DNA from: Candidatus Poribacteria bacterium
GTDB lineage: Bacteria; Poribacteria; WGA-4E; WGA-3G
Length of the DNA stretch: 64,000 nucleotides
Reading direction: 5' to 3'
Assembly (NCBI GenBank): GCA_022819945.1
Contig: JAJEGI010000108.1
Coordinates: 72,880 to 136,879 of the forward strand
Below, one piece after another: positions 63,993-64,000 of the stretch. The translations under genes were made by a program, and so were the position numbers. Within the stretch, counting starts at the first letter, position 1, and each line of letters opens with the position of its first letter. The notes beneath the pieces are model-generated. The model was not told the origin of the DNA, searched no databases, and saw nothing but the letters and a program-made list of their open reading frames with translations.

Positions 63993-64000
63993 AAACTGAA

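Overview
Bacterial chromosomal window of mid GC content with about 60 credible CDS. The gene content is diderm-type: TonB and TonB-dependent receptors, TolB-like propellers, System I cytochrome c maturation and NADH dehydrogenase.

Housekeeping blocks: ftsB-eno, ccmAB, korAB, ccmE-ccmF-ccmH-(ccmI-like), argG, purF-purM and nuoABC.

Catabolic and accessory-metabolism genes: four Gfo/Idh/MocA oxidoreductases, a DapA-family lyase, ThuA, an enolase-superfamily enzyme, a PL10-type pectate lyase, an interrupted sulfatase, an FGE-family protein and a PhyH dioxygenase. A TBDR-TBDR-DUF5916 operon is followed by tandem TonB paralogues.

Toxin-antitoxin-like modules: Uma2, HicAB and DUF433/DUF5615.

Two accessory regions stand out.
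1. 28.6-35.8 kb. It holds an orphan 1006-aa protein with an AEP-primase-like N-terminus, a Cys cluster and a C-terminal winged helix. Next comes a 740-nt AT-rich ORF-free tract with consensus promoters and tandem hairpin modules. After a TA pair lies an HNH-less IscB relative (IsrB-type OMEGA nuclease) bracketed by two compensatory-matched hairpins. The region ends with a Y1-transposase remnant, REP-like hairpins and a truncated protease.
2. 46.3-49.7 kb. This is an AT-rich, oversized (about 3.2 kb) group II intron with intact domain V/VI and an RT-maturase-HNH ORF. Its domain IV also carries a tRNA-like gene (anticodon GCC), an extra SD-preceded 135-codon ORF and an internal promoter. A perfect sigma70 promoter sits only 9 nt upstream of its 5' end.

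Several families of short palindromic intergenic repeats are present. No rRNA genes or CRISPR arrays were seen.

All family assignments were made by eye from remembered motifs. No database search, folding or alignment program was run, so product names are hypotheses of varying strength.
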